A stretch of DNA of 64,000 nucleotides from Patescibacteria group bacterium. GTDB lineage: Bacteria; Patescibacteriota; Minisyncoccia; Minisyncoccales; PWPS01. The DNA is taken from positions 2,378-66,377 of the forward strand of contig JBNJDU010000001.1 of NCBI GenBank assembly GCA_051745165.1, in the 5' to 3' direction. Both the position numbers and the translations under genes were made by a program. The notes under the pieces are model-generated. The model was not told the origin of the DNA and did no database searches. It worked only from the letters and a program-made list of their open reading frames with translations. Shown piece by piece: positions 51,842-60,394 of the stretch (position 1 is its first letter; the number at the start of each line of letters is the position of its first letter).

Positions 51842-53072
51842 ATTTTTTTACATTTTCTTTAAATTGATTACCTCTGTCTTTATAACTGGAGAACATATTA
51901 AAGCTTGAGGAAGCAGGAGATAAGAGACAACTTCCAAACTTTGTATTATTATAAGCTTCCTTTACAGCTTGTTCCATACTATTGCAGTGAATTATTTTTG
52001 GCAGTTTATTAGAAATTTCTTTTAATTCGCTTTCTATTTTTTGACCCGTAACAGGAAAAAGAATAAGCGTTTCAATATCACTTTTAATTATTTTTTCTGC
52101 AAGCAAACAATAGTCTCCCCCTTTATCAACTCCGCCAGTAATTAATGTTTTAAGATTGTCTACATTACTTATTGCTTCTACTGCCGCTTCCGGAATAGTA
52201 GCTGCAGAATCATTAAAAAAGGAAATATTTTGATATTTACCAACAAATTCTAATCTATGAGGTAAAAAATCTATTTTATTAATATTTTTTATTGTTTCTT
52301 TTTCTGAAACTCCAAAAAGACTAACAACTTTAAGTATTGGTTGTAAATAAACTGCTGAATTTGGAATTCTATCTTTCGGATCAAATTTTATCTTCTTTGC
52401 TTTTGACTTTTTAGCAATATTTTTAATGAATTGATCTTTTTTATTATAAATTAATATATCTTCTTTTTTTTGAAATTTAGTAATGTTAGCCTTTGAACTT
52501 AAATACTTATCAAAATTTTCATGTTGATCTAAGTGATCCTTAAAAATATTAAGCAGTACAGCCACATGAGGGCTTGTATTAGCAGTTTGAAGTTGGAAGC
52601 TAGATAACTCGTAGATAAAAAACCCTTCTTTGTCTACGAAGCTTAAAACTGGCTTTCCAATATTACCTAAAAGATAAACGGGTTTATCTAATTTATTATT
52701 TAAAATGTTATATATTGAAAGGCAAGTAGTGCTTTTTCCTTTAGTTCCTGTTACTCCGATTACTTTTTCGTGTTTAATATTAAGAAAAATGTCAGTCTGA
52801 CTAGTAATTATTTTTTCTTCTTCAAATTCTTTAATCAAAGAGAAAGGAATTCCTGGTGATTTTATAATAATTTCATAATCTTGTATTGCATCTAAATAAT
52901 TTTCACCAAAAAAAGTTTTAACATCACCACTCTCTTTTATTTCTTCTTCCGCTTTATCAGCTATTCCAATTTCTTTGTTTGGAAATCTATCATGTAAAAA
53001 CCTCAAGGTATCTCTCCCCTCTCTTCCAAACCCAAGTATTAAAATTTTATTATTTTTTAGAGTATTAATCAT
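51828..53072 (-). CDS. murD: UDP-N-acetylmuramoylalanine--D-glutamate ligase
   Basis: ILGFGREG, GVTGTKGKSTT and FFNDSAATIPEA. Confidence 0.85.
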   Translation of the reverse strand: MINTLKNNKILILGFGREGRDTLRFLHDRFPNKEIGIADKAEEEIKESGDVKTFFGENYLDAIQDYEIIIKSPGIPFSLIKEFEEEKIITSQTDIFLNIKHEKVIGVTGTKGKSTTCLSIYNILNNKLDKPVYLLGNIGKPVLSFVDKEGFFIYELSSFQLQTANTSPHVAVLLNIFKDHLDQHENFDKYLSSKANITKFQKKEDILIYNKKDQFIKNIAKKSKAKKIKFDPKDRIPNSAVYLQPILKVVSLFGVSEKETIKNINKIDFLPHRLEFVGKYQNISFFNDSAATIPEAAVEAISNVDNLKTLITGGVDKGGDYCLLAEKIIKSDIETLILFPVTGQKIESELKEISNKLPKIIHCNSMEQAVKEAYNNTKFGSCLLSPASSSFNMFSSYKDRGNQFKENVKKYGQK

Positions 53073-53076
53073 TATA

Positions 53077-54177
53077 TTAACCCATTAACCTAATTACTAC
53101 TCCAATAATGGCTGCGAAAACTCCTATGATCCAAAATCTCATTGTTACTTTATATGAAGGCCATCCTTTTCCTTCAAAATGATGATGGATAGGAGCAGAA
53201 AGAAATATTTTCTTGTTAAGAAATCTTTTTGATAGAAGTTGAAGTATTACCGAACCACTTTCTGCAACTAAAAGAATTGCAATGATTGGTAGGACTGCTA
53301 CTGAATCAGTTAAAAAAGCTATTACAGTTAACGTGGTAGTTAGACCTAATATTCCAGTCTCCCCCATGTAAAATCTTGCCGGTGGAATGTTAAACCATAA
53401 AAATGCAAGGATACTACCTACCAAAACTAAGCAAAATGCCGCTAAATTAATCATTCCTGATTCAATAGCTATAATTGTAAAAGCAGTAAAAATAGCAGCA
53501 AATGCACCACCAGATAAACCGTCTAAGCCATCGATAACACTACCGCTATATGTAGCAAGCATTACTAAAATAAAGAACGGGATAAAAAACAAACCTAAGT
53601 AAAATTGACCAAAACCGGGAATAAAAATACTATCCTGACCTAACCTAAAATAAAACCACCAACTTCCTACAGCACCAATTAAAGTTACTAATGAGATCCT
53701 ATACTTTAAAGAAAGCCCACCTCCAATGTACCGCTCCATCTTAGAAAATAAAAACTTTAAAGCTTTATTTTTAGGCTTTTCAATGATTTGCAACACATCA
53801 TCTACTAATCCTACCAGGGAGGCAACTACTAAAGTAAAAAGTGGCAACCAAGTCTGCCCTCTACTTAAAAAGCTTAACTTTTCTACCCAGAAGTGGTTTG
53901 ATAGAAAACTAAATCCATAAAATAAAAATATTAAAATTAATGGCGGAATCCAAACTAAAAGCCCACCTAATCTTGGTACACTGGTTTCTTTATCCGAGTG
54001 ATGCTTTGTAAACACCTTTAATTGCTTTCCATCAATTCCCTTTTGGCGAACTTTATTTTTCCACAATTTATGTTTATACATAAAGTGTGTAAATGCCGGT
54101 GTTAAAAGAAGTGTAAACCCAAAAGAAATAACACCTAACACAAAAACTTTTGTCATGTTTACTACAGCTGGATCCAT
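53077..54177 (-). CDS. mraY: phospho-N-acetylmuramoyl-pentapeptide transferase
   Basis: VPRLGGLL, GLVDDVLQI, NIPPARFYMGETGILGL and APIHHHFEGKGW. Confidence 0.88.
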   Translation of the reverse strand: MDPAVVNMTKVFVLGVISFGFTLLLTPAFTHFMYKHKLWKNKVRQKGIDGKQLKVFTKHHSDKETSVPRLGGLLVWIPPLILIFLFYGFSFLSNHFWVEKLSFLSRGQTWLPLFTLVVASLVGLVDDVLQIIEKPKNKALKFLFSKMERYIGGGLSLKYRISLVTLIGAVGSWWFYFRLGQDSIFIPGFGQFYLGLFFIPFFILVMLATYSGSVIDGLDGLSGGAFAAIFTAFTIIAIESGMINLAAFCLVLVGSILAFLWFNIPPARFYMGETGILGLTTTLTVIAFLTDSVAVLPIIAILLVAESGSVILQLLSKRFLNKKIFLSAPIHHHFEGKGWPSYKVTMRFWIIGVFAAIIGVVIRLMG

Positions 54178-54188
54178 TTTTTTATAAA

Positions 54189-55160
54189 TTATATTTCGTA
54201 AGCTTTATATATCCAATTAGTTAATTTTTCCATCTCTTCAAATCTTTGATTTCTTCCGTTAGCTCCCAACACCACATTAACTACATATCCATCTTCTACT
54301 TCTAATACCATTACTAAACACCCCATAGCTTGATAAGTAAATCCAGTCTTCCCGCCTAGTATGTCCTCATACCAATCTGGTTTTTTAGAAAAATAAGTTC
54401 CATCTAAAAATCTATTTGTAGTAGTCACTGAATAATGAAGATCAGATTTTTTAGATTTAATCTCATAATCTTTTCTTTGCAAAATATCTCGAAAAAGAGA
54501 AACATCAAGCAATTCACGCATTAACTTAGAAACATCTCTGGCAGTAGACAAATTAACCCCCTTAACCGTATCCAATCCACTAGGATTATAATACTTTGTT
54601 CTCCTCATCCCCAATTCATCAGCTTTTTTATTCATCAATTCTATAAAATCATCAAAATCAATATTCTTTGGTGCTGTAGCTGCAGCATATGCTCCACTAT
54701 TATTAGATTCTAAAAGTAGTGGGTATAAAAGCTCTTTAAAAGTTGTGTCTGTAAATACTCTTAAATCATTTAGATGACTATCAGTAAAATATTTTGAATC
54801 TGGAATACCAATAGAATCTGATAAATCATAATTTTCATAAACAACGAGCGCTGTCATTAATTTGGTTAAACTTGCAATTGGGAGTTGTTCATTTCTATTT
54901 CTGCTAAAAAGAACTTGAGAGTCTTCATCCTTAAAATAAATAGAGTAAGCTGCTTCCGCATTAATATCTACAGTCCCAACCCCCTTTACTCTATCAATTA
55001 GAAGGTCGTCATTTATAACTTCTTTTGGTTTTCTTTCGTGTATTTTAGGAGAATTAGTTTTTTCTTTATTTTCTGAGTCAGCAACAAAAAAACTACCTGC
55101 AAAAATAACCAGAACAATACCTAGTAAAAAAAGTGTCTTTTTATTTTTCATCTTTTTCAT
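54189..55160 (-). CDS. D-alanyl-D-alanine carboxypeptidase (S11, PBP5/6-like)
   Basis: SxxK motif ASLTKLMT, SxN motif ESNNSGA and KTG motif GGKTGFT, with an N-terminal anchor. Confidence 0.75.
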   Translation of the reverse strand: MKKMKNKKTLFLLGIVLVIFAGSFFVADSENKEKTNSPKIHERKPKEVINDDLLIDRVKGVGTVDINAEAAYSIYFKDEDSQVLFSRNRNEQLPIASLTKLMTALVVYENYDLSDSIGIPDSKYFTDSHLNDLRVFTDTTFKELLYPLLLESNNSGAYAAATAPKNIDFDDFIELMNKKADELGMRRTKYYNPSGLDTVKGVNLSTARDVSKLMRELLDVSLFRDILQRKDYEIKSKKSDLHYSVTTTNRFLDGTYFSKKPDWYEDILGGKTGFTYQAMGCLVMVLEVEDGYVVNVVLGANGRNQRFEEMEKLTNWIYKAYEI

Positions 55161-56532
55161 CTTTCAATACTTTAATATGCAATTCGTCTAACTGTTCTTC
55201 ACTAACGTCATCAGAAGGAGTTCCCATCATTAAACCTCTACCATCCCCTGTTTTAGGAAATGCCATTACTTCTCTAATATTGTCTTCACCTAACATAATC
55301 ATTAAAAATCTTTCAAATCCAAATGCTATTCCTCCATGAGGCGGTGCCCCATATTCAAAAGCATCTAGAAGATGACCAAATTTAAATCTAATTTCTTCTT
55401 TTTTGTGACCCAAAACTTCAAAAATTGCTTCTAGCATCTCAGGGTCATGCGACCTTATTGAACCTCCACCAATTTCCTCACCGTTTAAAACTAAATCATA
55501 TTGAAAAGATAAAACATTCTCAGGATCCTCTTTTACTTTTTCTGGACTAGCATCAGGTTTTGTGAAAGGATGATGCTCAGCTCTATAACCACCGTCAAAT
55601 TTTTCAAACATTGGAAAGTCAACAACAAAAGCAAAGGCAAGTTCATCTTCGTCCTTTTTGTCATCTCTCAAATCCGGTCGATCTGAACCCCATTTTTTCA
55701 TTGCTTCATCATAACTAATTCTAGGAAAGGGCTTTTCTTTTATCTTTTTACCTGGAAAGACTTCTTTAACCACTTTAATAAACATCTCTTCTACAAGCCC
55801 TAAAACATCTTCCCTATCCACAAATGACATTTCCATATCAAGTTGTGTAAACTCAGCCTGTCTATCAGCTCTCACATCTTCATCCCGGAAACATCTCGCA
55901 AATTGAAAATATTTTTCCAACCCGCCAACCATCAATAGTTGTTTATATTGTTGAGGACTCTGAGGTAATGCATAAAAATGGCCAGCTTGTTTTCTAGAGG
56001 GTACCAAAAAATCTCTTGCACCTTCTGGAGTTGATTTTGTTAAAACCGGAGTTTCTGCCTCTATAAATCCATTATCTGTTAAAAAGTTACGAAAAAAATG
56101 AGCTGTTTTGTGTCTCATTCTTAAATTTTTCTGCATTCTTTTTCTTCTTATATCAAGATAACGGTATTTCATTCTAATATCTTCACCAACCTCTTTTCCA
56201 TCATCAGTAATTTCAAAAGGCGGAGTCTTAGACTCAGATAAAACATTAATTTCTTCCGCTTTTAATTCAACAGTTCCGGTAATAATTTCATCGTTTACCA
56301 TGTTTTCGGGCCTATCTTTTACCTTGCCAATTATTTCCACCACCCACTCGCCTCTCAACTCTTGCGCTGTCTTAATTTCTTCCGGATTAACCACCACCTG
56401 CAATAATCCAGACCTATCTCTAAGGTCCAAAAATAAAATCTTTCCATGCGATCTTACTGAATCTACCCAACCAGCAACTAACACCTTATCACCTGTTTTT
56501 TTAGTAGTTTCTTTGTTTAAAATTCTCTGCAT
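55141..56532 (-). CDS. aspS: aspartate--tRNA ligase, bacterial-type sequence lacking the GAD insertion domain
   Basis: FYALPQSPQQYKQLLMVGGLEKYFQFARCFRDEDVRADRQAEFTQLDMEMSF. GSDRPDLR is joined to VVDFPMFE by about 13 aa. GGIAFGFERF is present. Confidence 0.9.
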   Translation of the reverse strand: MQRILNKETTKKTGDKVLVAGWVDSVRSHGKILFLDLRDRSGLLQVVVNPEEIKTAQELRGEWVVEIIGKVKDRPENMVNDEIITGTVELKAEEINVLSESKTPPFEITDDGKEVGEDIRMKYRYLDIRRKRMQKNLRMRHKTAHFFRNFLTDNGFIEAETPVLTKSTPEGARDFLVPSRKQAGHFYALPQSPQQYKQLLMVGGLEKYFQFARCFRDEDVRADRQAEFTQLDMEMSFVDREDVLGLVEEMFIKVVKEVFPGKKIKEKPFPRISYDEAMKKWGSDRPDLRDDKKDEDELAFAFVVDFPMFEKFDGGYRAEHHPFTKPDASPEKVKEDPENVLSFQYDLVLNGEEIGGGSIRSHDPEMLEAIFEVLGHKKEEIRFKFGHLLDAFEYGAPPHGGIAFGFERFLMIMLGEDNIREVMAFPKTGDGRGLMMGTPSDDVSEEQLDELHIKVLKDEKDEK

Positions 56533-56535
56533 AAT

Positions 56536-56904
56536 TTATTCTAAATATTTAATTGATTTGTTAAGTATTTCTTTTGGTGTGTTTTCAGTTTTAATTAAAT
56601 ACTCCTTTGCATCTAATCTAAAAGCTTCTTTTTTTGATTCCTGATCATCATAATTTGAAAAAGCAACAACGTTTGTATCTGCTACCTCTGATTCTAATCT
56701 TCTTAATTTAATCAAAAAGGATATGCCAGTTTCACCAGGTAATAGAATGTCTAATAAAATTAAATCTGGTTTTACTTTTTTTACCTGTTTTAATGCTTCA
56801 GCAACATCGCCAGCTAAAAAAACATCGTAACCTTCCTTAGTAAAAACTTCTTTATACATTTGAGCAAGAGTTTTTTCGTCTTCAATAATAAGTATTTTGG
56901 ACAT
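56536..56904 (-). CDS. stand-alone receiver-domain response regulator (CheY-like)
   Basis: MSKILIIEDE, DLILLDILLPG and a conserved K in AKEYLIK. Start set at ATG 56904 because the track's TTG at 56928 falls inside the predicted -10. Confidence 0.8.
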   Translation of the reverse strand: MSKILIIEDEKTLAQMYKEVFTKEGYDVFLAGDVAEALKQVKKVKPDLILLDILLPGETGISFLIKLRRLESEVADTNVVAFSNYDDQESKKEAFRLDAKEYLIKTENTPKEILNKSIKYLE

Positions 56905-56927
56905 ATTAAAAGAATTTGTTTTGAACA

Positions 56928-56956
56928 ATTATACTAAATCTAAGTGAAAATTACAA
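56928..56956 (-). promoter_or_regulatory. promoter TTGTAA-17-TATAAT (minus strand)
   Basis: Read from the reverse complement, between the upstream terminator and the receiver gene. Confidence 0.5.
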
Positions 56957-56991
56957 AAAAAATAGAGTGCCTACGCTAGGCACTCTTTTTT
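56955..56991. terminator. bidirectional-looking intrinsic terminator
   Basis: 10-bp stem AGAGTGCCTA-cgc-TAGGCACTCT flanked by A8 and T6. It contains the stop codon of 56971..57348. Confidence 0.75.
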
Positions 56992-57348
56992 AAGTAATCT
57001 CCTTGATAAATATCCAGCTAGGCTATCTGCTTCCTTTTGTAGGAAAATTAGTCTTTTATCAATCTTTCTTGGTCTTAGAATCCACTCTGCAGTTGGTGTA
57101 TCTAAAGAAATTTTCCATTCAATATTACTCTTTTTATTATATTCCTTTATAATAACAGACAATCTTTCGTAGTCTTTGTCATACACACAGACCCAGGGAA
57201 ATGGATATCGAAAATCATCCAAATGACCATGACAACTAGCTTTAGTTCTTATACCAATAAAATTAAGTATAAAAACTAAGCTAGCAATGGAATCATCTAA
57301 TTCTATAATTTTTTTACAACCAAAGGAAAAAGGATTACATTTATTCAT
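56971..57348 (-). CDS. hypothetical 125-aa Cys/His-containing protein
   Basis: ATG 57348 lies 6 nt after TAGGAGGG. GIRTKASCHGH is present. No confident family. Confidence 0.5.
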   Translation of the reverse strand: MNKCNPFSFGCKKIIELDDSIASLVFILNFIGIRTKASCHGHLDDFRYPFPWVCVYDKDYERLSVIIKEYNKKSNIEWKISLDTPTAEWILRPRKIDKRLIFLQKEADSLAGYLSRRLLKKECLA

Positions 57349-57402
57349 CAATATCCCTCCTATCTACTTTAATCTAGCATAATCAGTCCAAAAACTAAAG
57401 TT

Positions 57403-58689
57403 CTAATTCATCAAAAAGTTAAATATTTTATCGTTCTTTTTAATGTCTCGGATATAACTTCTAAGTCTTTGCAAATCCTCTTCACCATGTTCTTCTGCAG
57501 ATTGACCAGTGTGACTTAAATGCTTTTGCACTTCTTCTTCAATCTCTTCATTTGTTACTTCAATCTCTTCTGCTTCTGCAATTTTATGAAGTATTATTGC
57601 TGCGGATACATTATCCTCTGCTTTACTTCTCCACTCATCTCGAAGATCATCCTTTGTTTTATCAATTTGATCTAAGTAATCTTCAAAAGTAACACCACTT
57701 TGTTGCAGTTGTCTTTCCATTTTAGTTTCCATATTGTTCAATTCTCTTTCAACTAACACATCAGGGATTGGGAAATCTGTATTTTCAATAAGAGCTTGAA
57801 CTATTTCCATTTTTAATGCTTCTTCATTTTTAGATTCTTTCTCAGATTGAATTCCTTCTTTAATTTTTTCCCTTAATTCTTTTAAGCTAGAAACATTAGG
57901 ATGTAAGCTTTCAGCAAACTCATCAGTGAGTTCCGGAAGCTCTTTTTCACTCACAGAATCAAGTTTCAAATTGAAATCAATCTCTTTGCCAGCTAATTCC
58001 TTATTTGAACTATCTTCAGGAATTGACACGCTAAAATCTTTATCTTCTCCTGCTTTCATTCCTACAATTTCATCTTCGAATCCCTCTAAAGTTGAGAATT
58101 GACCAGATCCAAGTTCGAATCCAAATTCATCTTCTTCAATTCTTTTTTCTCCATCAACTTCTCCAGTAAAACTGACTGTAACTTGATCACCTTCACTTGC
58201 TTCTCTATCTACTTCCTTTGAGGTTGCTCTAGAATCTTGAATTCTTTCTAGGGTTTCATCAACTTCAGAATCTTCAACTTCTACATCTTCTTTTTTTTCA
58301 TCAACAATCTTTTCAGCAATCTCTTTATAATTAGGAAGATCAAATTCAGGCATTGTATAGAAACTTGCCTTATAAACTAAATCGTTTCCTGGTGCGAGTT
58401 GAGCAAAATCAACCTCTGGTTGTGAAATAGCAAAAAGATCTTTTTCCTCAAGAGCTTTTGGATAAGTTTTTTCTACAGCTATTCTAGCTGCTTCTTGCCA
58501 AACCTTTTCTTTGCCTACTGAATTTTCAACAACATCTCTAGGTGCATTTCCAGGTCTAAATCCTTTTATATCCATGTCCTCAGAAAGATTTTGTGCAGCT
58601 TTATCAACGTATTCTTCAAATTCATCAAGCGGAATTGTCACTTTAAGTTCTTTTTTTGAATTTTCTTTACTTTCTACTTTTATATCCAT
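57403..58689 (-). CDS. tig: trigger factor
   Basis: The N-terminus KELKVTIP...FRPGNAPR is ribosome-binding GFRxGxxP-like. A central FKBP-like region GDQVTVSFTGEVDG...GMKAGE is present. Confidence 0.9.
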   Translation of the reverse strand: MDIKVESKENSKKELKVTIPLDEFEEYVDKAAQNLSEDMDIKGFRPGNAPRDVVENSVGKEKVWQEAARIAVEKTYPKALEEKDLFAISQPEVDFAQLAPGNDLVYKASFYTMPEFDLPNYKEIAEKIVDEKKEDVEVEDSEVDETLERIQDSRATSKEVDREASEGDQVTVSFTGEVDGEKRIEEDEFGFELGSGQFSTLEGFEDEIVGMKAGEDKDFSVSIPEDSSNKELAGKEIDFNLKLDSVSEKELPELTDEFAESLHPNVSSLKELREKIKEGIQSEKESKNEEALKMEIVQALIENTDFPIPDVLVERELNNMETKMERQLQQSGVTFEDYLDQIDKTKDDLRDEWRSKAEDNVSAAIILHKIAEAEEIEVTNEEIEEEVQKHLSHTGQSAEEHGEEDLQRLRSYIRDIKKNDKIFNFLMN

Positions 58690-58752
58690 AATAGTTTTAT
58701 TTTATTTTTTTCACTAACAATAAGGATAACATATAAGAGACAGCAGTCAAAA

Positions 58753-59196
58753 TTATTCACCTAGAACTTGAACTTGGACTTTTCTTGGTCTAGGCCTATC
58801 AAGTTCCAATAAAAAAACTCTTTGCCATTTTCCTAATTGAAGCTTATTGTTTATTAAATTTATTGTGTTAGTAGGTGTTAAATAAACCGCTTTGCAGTGT
58901 GCGTGTCCATTTGCACACTCATCATCACACATATTAACAGTTCTTACATCAAAATTATCGTGATTATATTCCTTATTTTTAGAAGCTATAGACTCTAAAT
59001 TTTTTTTAATGTCTTCTATTAACAGTGGTTCATTTTCATTTAAAAGTAGCATTGCAGTAGTGTGCATAGACTGAATATTAACTAATCCATCACTAACATT
59101 AATGTCATCTACAAATGACTTAATTTTATCTGTTATATCAATAAAATCTAAGGATTTTTTAGTATCTATTTTTAGTACTTTATTTTCTATTTTCAT
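58753..59196 (-). CDS. YjbQ/UPF0047-family protein (second copy)
   Basis: VNIQSMHTTAMLLLNENE and WQRVFLLELDRPRPRKV. Paralogous to 31443..31829. Confidence 0.75.
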   Translation of the reverse strand: MKIENKVLKIDTKKSLDFIDITDKIKSFVDDINVSDGLVNIQSMHTTAMLLLNENEPLLIEDIKKNLESIASKNKEYNHDNFDVRTVNMCDDECANGHAHCKAVYLTPTNTINLINNKLQLGKWQRVFLLELDRPRPRKVQVQVLGE

Positions 59197-60185
59197 TTTG
59201 TCCTTTTCTTAATGTATCTTAATAATTCTATTAAACTTTCTTGATTTTGATTCTTTGGAAATTTTTTAAGTGTGTTTTCTGCTTTGGAGATATATTCTAA
59301 AGCAATTTTTTCTGCTTTATTTTTAGCTTCTGTTTGTTTAATCATTTTAATCGCTTCTGTAACTTCCTTATCCCCTATTTTATCATTTTTAAATATCTTT
59401 AACACATCCTTATTTTCCTTAGCAGCCAAAAGCAAAACTATATTACCCCCTTTCCTTTCTTTTATATCTTTCCCAATTTCTTTTCCAAATTTATTTTGAT
59501 CACCAAAAATGTCTAAAATATCATCTCTGATTTGATAACTAATCCCGAGATTATGACCAAAATTAACAGCTTTTTTCGTTATTTCATCACCTGCCTCTGC
59601 TAAAATAGCACCCAGCCCACATGACAAGCGAAATAAAGAAGCAGTCTTCTTACTAATCATATCTAAGTAAGAATCATAACTTACCTCTCTATATTTATTT
59701 TTTAACTTTTTTGAGACCTCAATTTCCAAAGTTCTTTCCTGTAATAAATCAATGAGCTCACCTTCCATAACATTATTAGTTTCTTTCGAGAATATTTCAA
59801 TCGCTTTAGAATTTTGCTCTTTTAATAAATTTAAAATTGCGGAGAAATAAAAAGAACTAACACATAAAGTTGCAGAGGTCCCATATTTCTCCCAAGAGGT
59901 TGGCTCCCCCCTTCTTAAGGCCCCTTGATCGATAATATCATCTAACAAAAGACTATAATTATGAAAGATTTCTATTGCACTTGCTACTTTTAAAGAATTC
60001 TTCTTCCCTCCTAAACACTTAAATGTTTTTACAAATAAAAAAGGTCTCAATCTCTTACCGCCCGTTTTAATTTGATGAGTAATTAGAGATGCAAAATTAT
60101 CATCATGAAAGTTTTTCAAAGAACTTATAATTATTGGATCTAGCCTCTTTTTAAATTGATTTATTTCTTTTTTTATCATAATCAA
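59193..60185 (-). CDS. trans-polyprenyl diphosphate synthase
   Basis: GGKRLRP, FARM motif LLLDDIIDQGALRRG and SARM motif YQIRDDILD. Confidence 0.85.
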   Translation of the reverse strand: MIMIKKEINQFKKRLDPIIISSLKNFHDDNFASLITHQIKTGGKRLRPFLFVKTFKCLGGKKNSLKVASAIEIFHNYSLLLDDIIDQGALRRGEPTSWEKYGTSATLCVSSFYFSAILNLLKEQNSKAIEIFSKETNNVMEGELIDLLQERTLEIEVSKKLKNKYREVSYDSYLDMISKKTASLFRLSCGLGAILAEAGDEITKKAVNFGHNLGISYQIRDDILDIFGDQNKFGKEIGKDIKERKGGNIVLLLAAKENKDVLKIFKNDKIGDKEVTEAIKMIKQTEAKNKAEKIALEYISKAENTLKKFPKNQNQESLIELLRYIKKRTK

Positions 60186-60217
60186 AAGACCACCCTTTTA
60201 AAGGTGGCCTTTATCTG

Positions 60218-60376
60218 TTATTGATTTATTTCTTTTTCTTCTCCTTCCTTTTCTTCCTTTATTGTATTATTATCTATTTCATTTTCTTCAATTTCTTCAA
60301 TTTCCTCTATTTCTCCTTTAGTTACGTACCAAATTATTACCGCCAAAATTACGATGAGGATTATAACCCATTCCAT
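60218..60376 (-). CDS. possible 52-aa TM protein with an acidic tail
   Basis: Unlisted ORF MEWVIILIVILAVIIWYVTKGEIEEIEEIEENEIDNNTIKEEKEGEEKEINQ. It is preferred to the low-complexity plus-strand ORF 60221..60418. Confidence 0.4.
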   Translation of the reverse strand: MEWVIILIVILAVIIWYVTKGEIEEIEEIEENEIDNNTIKEEKEGEEKEINQ

Positions 60377-60394
60377 ACAATTTTTTTTGGTTTT

